From: Pseudomonadota bacterium
GTDB taxonomy: Bacteria; Pseudomonadota; Alphaproteobacteria; UBA11222
Length of the DNA: 64,000 bases
Reading direction: 5' to 3'
Assembly (NCBI GenBank): GCA_049323435.1
Contig: JBMOMX010000035.1
Span: 10,357 to 74,356, forward strand
Part shown: positions 7,917 through 17,224 of the stretch, piece by piece
How positions within the stretch are numbered: the first letter of the stretch is position 1
How the letters are laid out: every line of letters starts with the position of its first letter
The notes under the pieces: generated by a model
What the model saw: the letters and a program-made list of their open reading frames with translations, nothing else
Told to the model about the DNA's origin: nothing
The model's database searches: none
Position numbers and translations under genes: made by a program

Positions 7917-9116
7917 CTAATCCCGCAGCGCGGGCACCTTGTCGATGCGTTCCCACGGCAGCCCAATATCCATGCGGCCTATATGACCATATGCCGCAAG
8001 GCGGCTGTAGAAGCGGCCGCGAAACAAAGCCGGCAGGCGGCGCAGATTAAATTCCGCGATTATTCCGGCTGGCCGAAACTCGAATGCGGCCTGCAACCTT
8101 TTTGCGATCTCTTCGTCCGCAATACGGCCCGTGCCAAAAGTCTGCACGCGCAGGCTGACAGGTTGCGCCATGCCGATCGTGTAACTGAGTTGCAACTCGC
8201 ACTCCTCCGCAAGCCCGGCGGCAACGACATTCTTCGCCGCGTAGCGGGCGGCATAGGCGCTAATCCGGTCAATGCGCGATGGGTCCTTACCGCTCAGGGC
8301 CGCGCCGCTGTGGCGTGAATATTCGCCATAAGTGTCAATCGCATTTTTGCGGCCGGTAAGCCCCGCATGCATTTCCGGCCCGCCCGTGAATAGCAGGCCG
8401 CCGGGATTGACGAAAATGCGGGTGGCGTTATCGGGGCGGATTAATTCATCTTCAAAGACCGGCTTGACGGCAAGATCGACGAGGTTTGCCTCCAGCTCCT
8501 TTAACGAAGGGGCGTGCCGGGGATCAACCGCGGCTGTAATGGTAAGGCTGTGGATGCGATGCGGGCGCCGGTTGCGATACTCCACCGCAACCTGAATCTT
8601 GCCGTCAGGGGCGAGATAGCCAAGCTGACGGGTGAGGCGGACGGTTGCGATGCGCCGCGCCAGCTTGTGCGCAAGCCAGACCGGCAGGGGCATCAGCGCA
8701 GCGGTCTGGGTGCAGGCATAGCCGAACTGGGTTACCTGGTTATCGGCGGCAATTGCGTCAATGCCCGCATCGTCCAGCATGGTTTCGTCGATCTCGCGGT
8801 AGGCGCCGCCAACTTCGGTAAGACTGGTCATGATGTGGCAGTTCGCGGCCGTGAACCCGTCTTCGTCATCGCCATTGCCATAGCCCGCACGCCTTATTGC
8901 CTGACGGGCAACCATTGGCGCATCAATCGTGGCGCGCGATGCGAAACGCACGGCAAGGAAGAGGATGCCCTTCGCAACGGCGCATTCGGCGTCAAGCCGG
9001 GAAAACGGGTCGGCAAGCAGATAACTGTCGAGGATCGAATCGCTGATCTGGTCGCACAGCTTGTCCGGATGCCCTTCGGTTACGGATTCGGATGTGAAGA
9101 CAAAATCTTCCATCAT
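7917..9116 (-). CDS. metK: S-adenosylmethionine synthetase, a divergent MetK paralogue
   Basis: The ORF extends to 9305, but the MetK N-terminus MMEDFVFTSESVTEGHPDK begins at 9116, giving 399 aa. The conserved blocks are altered: GGGAFSGKD is replaced by HSGAALSGKD, and DQGxMFGYA by DNQVTQFGYA. The ATGATGG start overlaps the ATPase TGA stop. Confidence 0.85.
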   Translation of the reverse strand: MMEDFVFTSESVTEGHPDKLCDQISDSILDSYLLADPFSRLDAECAVAKGILFLAVRFASRATIDAPMVARQAIRRAGYGNGDDEDGFTAANCHIMTSLTEVGGAYREIDETMLDDAGIDAIAADNQVTQFGYACTQTAALMPLPVWLAHKLARRIATVRLTRQLGYLAPDGKIQVAVEYRNRRPHRIHSLTITAAVDPRHAPSLKELEANLVDLAVKPVFEDELIRPDNATRIFVNPGGLLFTGGPEMHAGLTGRKNAIDTYGEYSRHSGAALSGKDPSRIDRISAYAARYAAKNVVAAGLAEECELQLSYTIGMAQPVSLRVQTFGTGRIADEEIAKRLQAAFEFRPAGIIAEFNLRRLPALFRGRFYSRLAAYGHIGRMDIGLPWERIDKVPALRD

Positions 9117-12100
9117 GCGCCTCCATCCGGATTTGCGGCTTGCGCCCGCAGCCGCGCGCCCTTGATGGTCTCGTTGACAAGCAGCGAACCTGCGGCAGCC
9201 GCGCCCGCCACGGCGTAATCCGCCAGTCCAAGCGCATCCAGCCCAAGCAGGCGGCGCGTTACAGGGAATAATGCGGCGAGCCCCTGCAACCCCAGCAGAC
9301 CCCATACCGCCTGGTTGAGACGCGGATTGGGCGGCAGCGCATTACGCTCGAAGATGGTGTGGCGCGGCGATCGGGCGGAGAGGGCATGCAGTAATTGCCC
9401 GGCGGCAAGCGTGATAAAGGCCACACCGCCAGCCGCCGGGCCAGCGCCATAGCGGGCGGCGCCATACAGATAGGCGGCCAGCCCGCCCGCGCTAAGCACC
9501 GCGCCTTCAATGCCGATGCGCCGGAACTCTTCTGCGGTAATCAGGGGTTCCCGCGGATCGCGCGGCGGGTCTTTGAGCACGTCCGGCTCGGGCGGTTCCA
9601 GCCCCAGCGCCAGCGCCGGGAAAATGTCCGAAACCAGATTGATCCACAATAGCTGCACCGGCGTAAGCGGCTGACCGAGACCAAGGCCGACCGCCCCCAG
9701 CATGACAAAGATTTCACTGGAATTGGTGGCGAGCAGGTAATGGATCGCCTTGCGGATGTTAGCGTAAATGGTCCGCCCCTGACCAAGCGCGACCAGCATG
9801 CTTTGAAGCCGGTCGTCCTCAAGGATCACATCGGCTACTTCGCGCGCCACATCGGTGCCGCTCTGGCCCATGGTCACTCCAATATCGGCCGCGCGCAGCG
9901 CAGGCCCGTCATTGATGCCATCACCCGTCATGGCCACAATATTGCCGTTGCGTTGCAGCGCCTGCACGATCTGCAATTTGTTCGCCGGGCTGACACGGGC
10001 GAACACATGCGTGCGCTGCGCCAGCCCCGCCAGCAATCCGGGATCAAGTCTGTCAAGATCAACGCCTTCAAGAATTTCCACAGGCTGGCCCTGAGAGAGA
10101 TCAAGCTCCCTGGCGATAGCGAAGGCCGTCGCACCCTGGTCACCTGTAATGATAATGGTGCGCAGGCCCGCATCATGGAAGTCCCGCATCAGCGCCGCCA
10201 TGCCGGGGCGCGTCGGATCGGCAAGGCCAGCCAGGCCCAGCCAGGAAAATGCGCCGGGATCCTGGGCATCGCCCTGGCGGGTTGCAAAGCCGAGCACCCG
10301 CAGGCCGCGCCCAGCCATTGCCTGGTTCAGTGCCTGGATGCGCAGCACATCCTCTTCGTCAAGCGGCCGCTCCGCGCCGCCATCAAAAAAGGCCGTGCAT
10401 AATTGCAGCACTTCGTCCGGGCTGCCTTTGACGGCCGTGAACGGGCAGCCATCCTCGCCTGCATGGCTGGTCATCATGAAACGATGCTGTTCCGTGCGCC
10501 GGTCCATATTGAGCATCGGGCGCTGTGCGCGCAATTGCCGCACATCGATGCCCGCAGACATGGCAAGTTCTATCAGCGCGGTTTCGGTCGGCGAACCCTT
10601 CAGCGAGACGTCTTCGTCCTCAGCGATCTCGACTTCGCTGCACAAGACGCAGGTTTCCAGCAGCCTGCGCAGTTCATCGTTTGCAGATGCGCTAGCCCCG
10701 GAATGGTTGCGCTGAATCTGACCGTCCGCGATCTCGAAGATTTCGCGGGCATTCGCGACCGCCACGGCGCTCATGCGGTTGAGCGTTAGCGTGCCTGTCT
10801 TGTCGAGGCATACGGTGCTGACGGCGCCAAGGGTTTCAACAGCATCCAGGCGGCGGATGAGAACGTTATGCGTCCGCATGGTGCGGATGCCCAGCGCCAG
10901 CGTCACCGTTGCGACTGTCGGCAGGCCTTCGGGCACCGCAGCAACGGCCAGCGAGACGCTGCTTCGGAGCATTTGCAACATTCCAAAGCCGCGCAGCAGA
11001 CCCAGCGAGAAAACCAGCCCACAGGCGCCCAGGCTGAGCCAGACCAACTGTTTGCCCATGATATCGAGCTGATGCTGCATGGGCGTTTCCGGCGGCCGTG
11101 CATCGCCCACCAGGGATTGAATATGGCCAAGTTCGGTGCGTTCCGCCGTCGCCGTCGCCGCCGCCAGGCCGGAGCCGCCCGTAACCGCGGTTCCCTTGAA
11201 CACCATATTTGCGCGATCGCCCAGCGCTGTCCCGGCGCTGGCGATGGCGGTAGCGCTCTTGACCGAGGGCATGCTTTCACCGGTAAGCGCGGATTCATCA
11301 ATTGTGAGATCCTTTGCCTCAATGACCCGCGCATCGCAGGCGATAAGCGTGCCCGGAACAAGCTTCAGCATATCGCCCGGAACGATGTCACAGGACGCGA
11401 CCTCGCAAACACCGCCGTCGCGCAGCACCAGCGGCGCAGCGGGCACAAGCCGGCCGAGCGCTTCAATGGTGTGCTCCGCCTCGGACTCGGAACGATAGCC
11501 AATGGCGGAATTTAGCGCCACGACCGCGAGAATAACCACTGCGTCCGCAAGCCCCCCGGTCGCAACCGACAGCGCCGCCGATCCGAGCAGCAAAAGCGAG
11601 GGCAAGCTGTTGACCTGGCCAAGCAGAATTTCAAGCGCGCTGCGGCGCGGCATTTGCGGCAGCGCATTCGGCCCGTAGCGCGCCAGCCGCAGCGCGGCCT
11701 CGCTGCTGGAAAGGCCTTGCTCCGGCTGTGTCTCCAGCCGCTGCAACACCTGCTCCCTGCTCAGCGTATGGGGCGGGGCATCCCCCGGGACGGCGTCTGG
11801 CATGCCGCTATCCTCGCGCTTCCTGCCTGCGGGGAAGGGAACGACATTTGGCGCCGGCTTTGGTTCGCCGATGTCCGCCGCGCCGGAATCGAGCATGGCC
11901 GCCACAGCCTGGATTATTGTGTCAACGGATCGCGCAGGATCAAAATGCACCAGCAGATTGCCGGTGCGGATATTTGCGGCGGCGGCGCGAATGCCGCTGC
12001 GCCCCGGAAGCCGATGCTCCAGCATCTGCGCAACCCCGGTATTGCGGTCAAGGCCAACCACTTTCAGGCGTGCGCGGCCGCTGACCGCGACATGCAGCGG

Positions 12101-12148
12101 TACGACGCCTGCAAGCGATGCGGCCATTGACGCCACGCTCATGACCAT
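9113..12148 (-). CDS. Cation-transporting P-type ATPase, P2 (Ca2+-ATPase-like) type, with an extra ~128-aa HMA-like N-terminal domain
   Basis: 1011 aa. It carries DKTGTLT, PEGLP, KGSPDEVL, TGDGINDGPAL and GVTMGQSGTDVAREVADVIL, and a Cation_ATPase_N helix (LSSSEAALRLARYGPNALPQ) at about residues 130-165. Ahead of that helix lies ...PLHVAVSGRARLKVVGL...TGNLLVHFD. Confidence 0.9.
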   Translation of the reverse strand: MVMSVASMAASLAGVVPLHVAVSGRARLKVVGLDRNTGVAQMLEHRLPGRSGIRAAAANIRTGNLLVHFDPARSVDTIIQAVAAMLDSGAADIGEPKPAPNVVPFPAGRKREDSGMPDAVPGDAPPHTLSREQVLQRLETQPEQGLSSSEAALRLARYGPNALPQMPRRSALEILLGQVNSLPSLLLLGSAALSVATGGLADAVVILAVVALNSAIGYRSESEAEHTIEALGRLVPAAPLVLRDGGVCEVASCDIVPGDMLKLVPGTLIACDARVIEAKDLTIDESALTGESMPSVKSATAIASAGTALGDRANMVFKGTAVTGGSGLAAATATAERTELGHIQSLVGDARPPETPMQHQLDIMGKQLVWLSLGACGLVFSLGLLRGFGMLQMLRSSVSLAVAAVPEGLPTVATVTLALGIRTMRTHNVLIRRLDAVETLGAVSTVCLDKTGTLTLNRMSAVAVANAREIFEIADGQIQRNHSGASASANDELRRLLETCVLCSEVEIAEDEDVSLKGSPTETALIELAMSAGIDVRQLRAQRPMLNMDRRTEQHRFMMTSHAGEDGCPFTAVKGSPDEVLQLCTAFFDGGAERPLDEEDVLRIQALNQAMAGRGLRVLGFATRQGDAQDPGAFSWLGLAGLADPTRPGMAALMRDFHDAGLRTIIITGDQGATAFAIARELDLSQGQPVEILEGVDLDRLDPGLLAGLAQRTHVFARVSPANKLQIVQALQRNGNIVAMTGDGINDGPALRAADIGVTMGQSGTDVAREVADVILEDDRLQSMLVALGQGRTIYANIRKAIHYLLATNSSEIFVMLGAVGLGLGQPLTPVQLLWINLVSDIFPALALGLEPPEPDVLKDPPRDPREPLITAEEFRRIGIEGAVLSAGGLAAYLYGAARYGAGPAAGGVAFITLAAGQLLHALSARSPRHTIFERNALPPNPRLNQAVWGLLGLQGLAALFPVTRRLLGLDALGLADYAVAGAAAAGSLLVNETIKGARLRAQAANPDGGA

Positions 12149-12636
12149 CCACCCCAGTCTGCCTTAGCGCGCAGGAAAAGAGGTAAAACCAGGCCGGTAC
12201 AGTAAGGCAGCTGCTCTATCACCGGTAAATCCTGAATTGCACAATATTGCGCTCCACATTTCCCGCGTCCGGCGGGCGGCGAGAATGGCCGCGGGACCAA
12301 ATCGCTCGAACGGGTATTCTCGCTCCCCAGCCAGAATGGTGCGGAAGCTGCCGCAGTTGACTTGATCGAGATCAAATTTGCGATGACATGTTGATTAAGT
12401 TTTTATTACAGCCTGGATCAGCATCACTTTGCCGCGCAGACGGCGCAAAGAAATGGTTCTGGCTTAGGTTTGGAGAATGGCGTCTGCGGGGAGGAGAGAT
12501 GGCTGCTATCTATCGCGGCCTCAAAATAAATATTTCAGGAAAAAACACGCTAAAAATAACGCTGCGAGATGCCAGCCCCGGCGCCGTTTTTCCCCGGTTT
12601 CATCCCATGCGCTGTAACGTCTGGCTGGCGGATTGC

Positions 12637-13947
12637 CTATTCCTTGCTGATCAGAACCGTTTCGACATGATGGTCGCGCATGCCTTCGACAATGAAGCGG
12701 TAGGCGCCATCGGTGATCATGTCCCCTTCCACCGGAATACGTTCCAGCCGGTGCATGAACAGGCCGGACAATGTATTCACATTGACCGGCTCGCCGGGAA
12801 TGTAACCGGTTTCACGCTCGACATCGGCCAGTGACGCCAGGCCATGCGCCTTCCATCCGGCGTCTGTTTCGGTGATCGGAAATTCCGAAATATTTTCGTC
12901 CGTTTCATCGGCGATTTCGCCGACAATTTCTTCCAGCAGATCTTCAATCGTCACCAGGCCGGCAAAAGTGCCATATTCATCCAGAATGCAGGCCATATGC
13001 GCCTTTTTAACCCGCATCATTTCAAACAAGGTGGAAACCTTGAGCGATTCCGTAACCACCAGCGGCTCACGGCAATGGATGCGCAAATCTTTCCAGGGCT
13101 CGGGCCCGCCCGAAAGCAGGGTGTCCACAATATCCTTCATCAGAATCATGCCGATAAGACTGTCGCCGCTGCCATCGACAAGCGGAAAACGCGAATGGCG
13201 CGTGTCTTTCATAATGGCCAGGTTGGACTCCGGCGGCTGATCCAGCCGCAGCAGATCACACTTCATCCGCGGGATCATGACCTGGCCCACTGTGCGTTCG
13301 TTGAACCGGAACAGGTTCTGGATCATCTCCGCGGTGTCAAGGTGCAATTCGCCATGCTCGGCCGATGTCGTCACCAGGCCGCGAAATTCCGTATTGGTCA
13401 GCACATCCATATGGCTGGCCTCCTCGACGCCGAACAGGCCAAGCATGCCCCGTGACGCCCGGTTAAGCCCCCAATGCAAGGGATAGGACAGCAGATAAAA
13501 AATCCGCAATGGAATGGCGCAGAACAATGAAAGCGCCTCGGGCTTGCGGATGGCGAAGGTTTTCGGCACCTGTTCTCCCACGACGATATGCAGCGACGAA
13601 AAGACAGTGAAGCCGATCAGAAACGAAATCGTATGCAATGCCGGCTGGCTCAGTTCGAACGGCGCCAGCAGCGGCTCGATCAGCGCCGCCACCGCTGGTT
13701 CGCCCACCCAGCCCAAACCAAGCGAAGCCATGGTGATGCCAAGCTGACAGGCCGCCAGATAGGCTTCGAGCTCCTCCTGTATTTTAAGGGTCAGTTTAGC
13801 CGAAAAACTGCCCGTGCTGGCCATGCTTTCAATACGAAATCCCCTCGCTTTCACCAGTGCGAATTCCGCCGCCACAAAAAATGCATTGGCGGCCAGCAGC
13901 ACCAGTACGGCGATCAGACTTACCGAAATTTCCTCGCTCGTCAGCAT
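12637..13947 (-). CDS. HlyC/CorC (CNNM) family transporter: DUF21, CBS pair and CorC_HlyC domains
   Basis: 436 aa. It has the N-terminal four-TM DUF21 region, CBS domains and the C-terminal CorC domain. Confidence 0.9.
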   Translation of the reverse strand: MLTSEEISVSLIAVLVLLAANAFFVAAEFALVKARGFRIESMASTGSFSAKLTLKIQEELEAYLAACQLGITMASLGLGWVGEPAVAALIEPLLAPFELSQPALHTISFLIGFTVFSSLHIVVGEQVPKTFAIRKPEALSLFCAIPLRIFYLLSYPLHWGLNRASRGMLGLFGVEEASHMDVLTNTEFRGLVTTSAEHGELHLDTAEMIQNLFRFNERTVGQVMIPRMKCDLLRLDQPPESNLAIMKDTRHSRFPLVDGSGDSLIGMILMKDIVDTLLSGGPEPWKDLRIHCREPLVVTESLKVSTLFEMMRVKKAHMACILDEYGTFAGLVTIEDLLEEIVGEIADETDENISEFPITETDAGWKAHGLASLADVERETGYIPGEPVNVNTLSGLFMHRLERIPVEGDMITDGAYRFIVEGMRDHHVETVLISKE

Positions 13948-13960
13948 TTTGACTGTTTCT

Positions 13961-15151
13961 CTAGGAGTTTTTCTTGCGTTGTTCGCGCATCAGCCGTTCG
14001 GCGATGGCCCAGCGATGCACTTCCGATGGGCCGTCATAGATGCGGAACGGGCGTACATCGCGATAGATGCGCGCAACCACCGTATCATTGGTAATGCCCT
14101 TGCCGCCCAGCACCTGCAGGCTGCGATCCACCACACGCCCGGCGGCCTCGGAACACAGTACTTTGGCAATAGCGGTTTCCTGGCGTCCGTCCGATCCATT
14201 ATCCAGCGCCCAGGCGGCATGCCAGATGGTCAGGCGCGCGGTGTGAATATCCATCTCATTATCGGCCAGTTGAAAGCCCACCCCTTCATGATGGCCGATC
14301 AGTTTGCCAAAGGCTTCACGCCGCGCCGCATAATTCAGCGCCACATCATGGGCGCGCTTCATCGCGCCCAGCCAGCGCATGCAATGGGTCAGCCGCGCGG
14401 GCCCCAGCCGCACCTGGGCATAACGGTAGCCCTCATCAAGCTCGCCCAGAATATCAGCGGCGGGTATGCGCACATTATTGAGCAGCACCTCACTGTGACC
14501 GCCGGTGAAGCCCCGGTCCAGCGTATCCAGATCGCGGATAATTTCGATACCCTTGCGGTCCATAGGGGTCAGAAACATGGTGGCGCCGCGCCCGCGTTCC
14601 ACAGTGGCGCCGGTACGCGCCATGATAATGCCAAGACCCGCGCCGCGCGCGCCGGTGATCAGCCATTTGCGGCCATTGATCACAAAATCCTGCCCGTCGC
14701 GGACTGCCGTGGTGGCCAGCATGCCGGGATCGGACCCCGCCCCGTCAGGTTCCGTCATCAGAAAAGCGGACCGGATATCGCCCGCCGCCAGCGGGCGCAG
14801 CCAGCGTTCCTTGTGCGATTTGCTGGCAACCACTTCGAGCATGTGCATATTGCCCTCATCCGGGGCGAAAATATGCAGCGCGATCGGCCCGAGCGGCGAA
14901 TAGCCGGCCTCCTCAAAAACCACCGCCTTGCCGCGATGATCCAGCCCAAGGCCGCCAAATTCCTTGCTGACATGCGGCACGAACAGGCCCGCTTTTTTAG
15001 CCAGCGCATTCAATTCCAGGCGCAGTTCATCGGATGGCCCGTGTTCGCCCTGACGGCGGTCATTCTCATAGGGAATGATCTGATCGCGGATAAAGGCGCC
15101 GGTTCGTTGCTTGAGCTCTACCAGTTCCTGCGGCAACGAAAAATCAATCAT
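13961..15151 (-). CDS. Acyl-CoA dehydrogenase family protein
   Basis: 396 aa with the typical ACAD N/M/C-domain pattern, including the C-terminal YDGPSEVH-like motif. Confidence 0.88.
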   Translation of the reverse strand: MIDFSLPQELVELKQRTGAFIRDQIIPYENDRRQGEHGPSDELRLELNALAKKAGLFVPHVSKEFGGLGLDHRGKAVVFEEAGYSPLGPIALHIFAPDEGNMHMLEVVASKSHKERWLRPLAAGDIRSAFLMTEPDGAGSDPGMLATTAVRDGQDFVINGRKWLITGARGAGLGIIMARTGATVERGRGATMFLTPMDRKGIEIIRDLDTLDRGFTGGHSEVLLNNVRIPAADILGELDEGYRYAQVRLGPARLTHCMRWLGAMKRAHDVALNYAARREAFGKLIGHHEGVGFQLADNEMDIHTARLTIWHAAWALDNGSDGRQETAIAKVLCSEAAGRVVDRSLQVLGGKGITNDTVVARIYRDVRPFRIYDGPSEVHRWAIAERLMREQRKKNS

Positions 15152-15582
15152 GGTTCACCTGGCCTTCTGATGTGAATATGTGAAAAGGCAAATAACCGCC
15201 CCGCAAAACTGCATAATCGAATCTAAAGCAATTCCATCAAGGTTGGAAAGCCATAGTCGGACAATCAAAATCAAACAGTCAAAGTCAAACAAACAGACAC
15301 AAGCGCCAGTGAAATGGCGCCCGGTACGGAATCACACTATTGGGAAACATGTATATTTATCAATCAACCAATGTACAGCACTGTTCGCAGCCGCCAACAA
15401 TAATAGCAGCACATTATTTATAGAACGGGTTCAGCTCCCGAATAGCTTTTATACACACGCCCAGATATATGATGCTTGTGAAAGCAGTGGCCGCCGGTGC
15501 GTCTCCGGAACCATAGCGTGACGGCATCTTGTTGACCCCGCAGCGCATAGCCCCATCAGGACGAAGCGCGGGGGGCGAAGTG

Positions 15583-15658
<76 letters not shown>

Positions 15659-15753
15659 ATACCCGCTTGTTCCCGCCGCGCGCCTCAGCGCCCGGACGGG
15701 GGTCATGCAGGGGTTTTAGGGGCGGCGGCGTCCCGTGTCAAGCTGTGCCGCCA

Positions 15754-15818
15754 GGCCCTATTTTACGGATCATATGGAACAGCCAAAGGCTGTTCCATAT
15801 GATCCGTAAAATAGGGCC
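15754..15818. repeat. Perfect inverted repeat, 31-bp arms and a 3-nt loop
   Basis: ggccctattttacggatcatatggaacagcc aaa ggctgttccatatgatccgtaaaatagggcc. It is AT-rich and lies between the divergent tRNA-Ala and yggT starts. Confidence 0.9.
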
Positions 15819-15956
15819 GGTCTGAAAATTCAGGGCAATTCCTGTTCGGACTACACCATCTGCTTCAAGTCGTACAGACTCCAGTGTTAGGGCGCTTGCA
15901 TGACGCGCTGGGCGCGGGTACATGTGGTCCAAATAACCGGCGGGATCGGGCGCAGC

Positions 15957-16247
15957 ATGCAGGCAGTTTTCTGGCTTATCAACGAATTACTGAATCTTTA
16001 CTGGTGGGTGATCATCATTGGCGCGGTATTAAGCTGGCTGGTGGCCTTTGAAGTGGTCAATACCCGCAATCGCTTTGTCGCCATGGCGCTGGATTTCACC
16101 CATCGCCTGACCGAGCCGGCCTTGCGCCCGATCCGGCGGTTTCTTCCCGATCTGGGCGGTATTGATATCTCGCCGGTGCTGCTATTGCTTGGCATCATGT
16201 TCTTGCAAAAACTTCTATATGATCTGGCGCGCACCGTGTCCTTCTGA
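15957..16247 (+). CDS. yggT: YggT family membrane protein
   Basis: The protein starts [28 protein letters not shown]... and has two transmembrane segments with the YggT/Ycf19 pattern. The ORF opens at 15900, but the Met at 15957 is the likely start. Confidence 0.7.
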   Translation: MQAVFWLINELLNLYWWVIIIGAVLSWLVAFEVVNTRNRFVAMALDFTHRLTEPALRPIRRFLPDLGGIDISPVLLLLGIMFLQKLLYDLARTVSF

Positions 16248-16288
16248 GATGGCCAGGCCGGGCCGGGCGCGAACAGCGGAGACACGCC

Positions 16289-17188
16289 ATGGGTAAAGCC
16301 CGCATCATTGATGGCAAGGCGCTGGCGCAGTCACTGCGCGCCGATGTGGCCCGCGAGGCGGCGCGGCTGGCGCGCGATCACGCGCTCACGCCGGGGCTTG
16401 GCGTCATATTGGCTGGCGATGATCCGGCCAGCCAGATTTATGTGCGCAACAAGGGCGTGCAAGCGGTTGAGTCAGGCCTGCGCAGTTTTGAAACCCGGCT
16501 GCCGCAGAACGCCAGTCTTGCGGATGTTTTGGCCGCTGTGCGCGCCTTCAATGAAAATCCATCCGTACACGGGTTTCTGGTGCAGCTGCCGCTGCCCCGG
16601 CATCTGCCCGAAGCCGAAGTGCTGCGGGCTATTGATCCGGAAAAGGACGCCGATGGCATTCATGTGATCAATGCCGGCCTGCTGGCCAGCGGCATCGCGG
16701 GGCCTGCGCCCTGTACGCCGGTTGGCTGCATACTTTTGATCAGGCAGGTGCTGGGGCCCGATCTTTCAGGGCTTGAAGCGGTTATTGTCGGACGCTCCAA
16801 TATTGTCGGCAAACCGGTTGCGCAATTATTGCTGCGGGAAAACTGCACGGTCACGATTGCCCATTCGCGCACCAGGGATCTGGCGGGCATCTGCCGCCGT
16901 GCGGATATTCTGGTCGTTGCGGCCGGGCAGCCCGAACTGGTACGCGGCGATTGGATAAAACCCGGCGCCACTGTCATTGATGTGGGCATGAACCGCCTGC
17001 CTGCGCCGGAAAAAGGCGAGGGCAAAACCCGGCTGACGGGGGATGTCAATTTTGCAGAAGCGGTGGAGGTCGCCGGTGCGATCACGCCGGTGCCGGGCGG
17101 CGTTGGCCCAATGACGATTGCCTGTCTGTTGCGCGCCACCCTGATTGCCGCCTGCCGCCAGAATGGGCTGCCGGTTCCGGAGATTTGA
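16289..17188 (+). CDS. folD: Bifunctional methylenetetrahydrofolate dehydrogenase / methenyl-THF cyclohydrolase
   Basis: 299 aa with a conserved FolD N-terminus and the GRSNIVGKP Rossmann motif. Confidence 0.93.
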   Translation: MGKARIIDGKALAQSLRADVAREAARLARDHALTPGLGVILAGDDPASQIYVRNKGVQAVESGLRSFETRLPQNASLADVLAAVRAFNENPSVHGFLVQLPLPRHLPEAEVLRAIDPEKDADGIHVINAGLLASGIAGPAPCTPVGCILLIRQVLGPDLSGLEAVIVGRSNIVGKPVAQLLLRENCTVTIAHSRTRDLAGICRRADILVVAAGQPELVRGDWIKPGATVIDVGMNRLPAPEKGEGKTRLTGDVNFAEAVEVAGAITPVPGGVGPMTIACLLRATLIAACRQNGLPVPEI

Positions 17189-17224
17189 TGCGCCGCTGAT
17201 TTAACCCGCCTGAGGACTGGAGCC

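Noticed and set aside
8514-9218. 234-aa plus-strand ORF
   Set aside because: It is antisense to the metK-like gene.
12149-12636. Possible riboswitch (M-box or SAM-II) in the 490-nt leader upstream of the ATPase-metK operon
   Set aside because: I cannot recognise the consensus helices or pseudoknot by eye. It needs an Infernal/Rfam scan. I mention it only as a check under the Mg-cluster finding.
13814-15175. 453-aa plus-strand ORF
   Set aside because: It is antisense to the acyl-CoA dehydrogenase, and its composition is low-complexity Ala/Arg/Gly.
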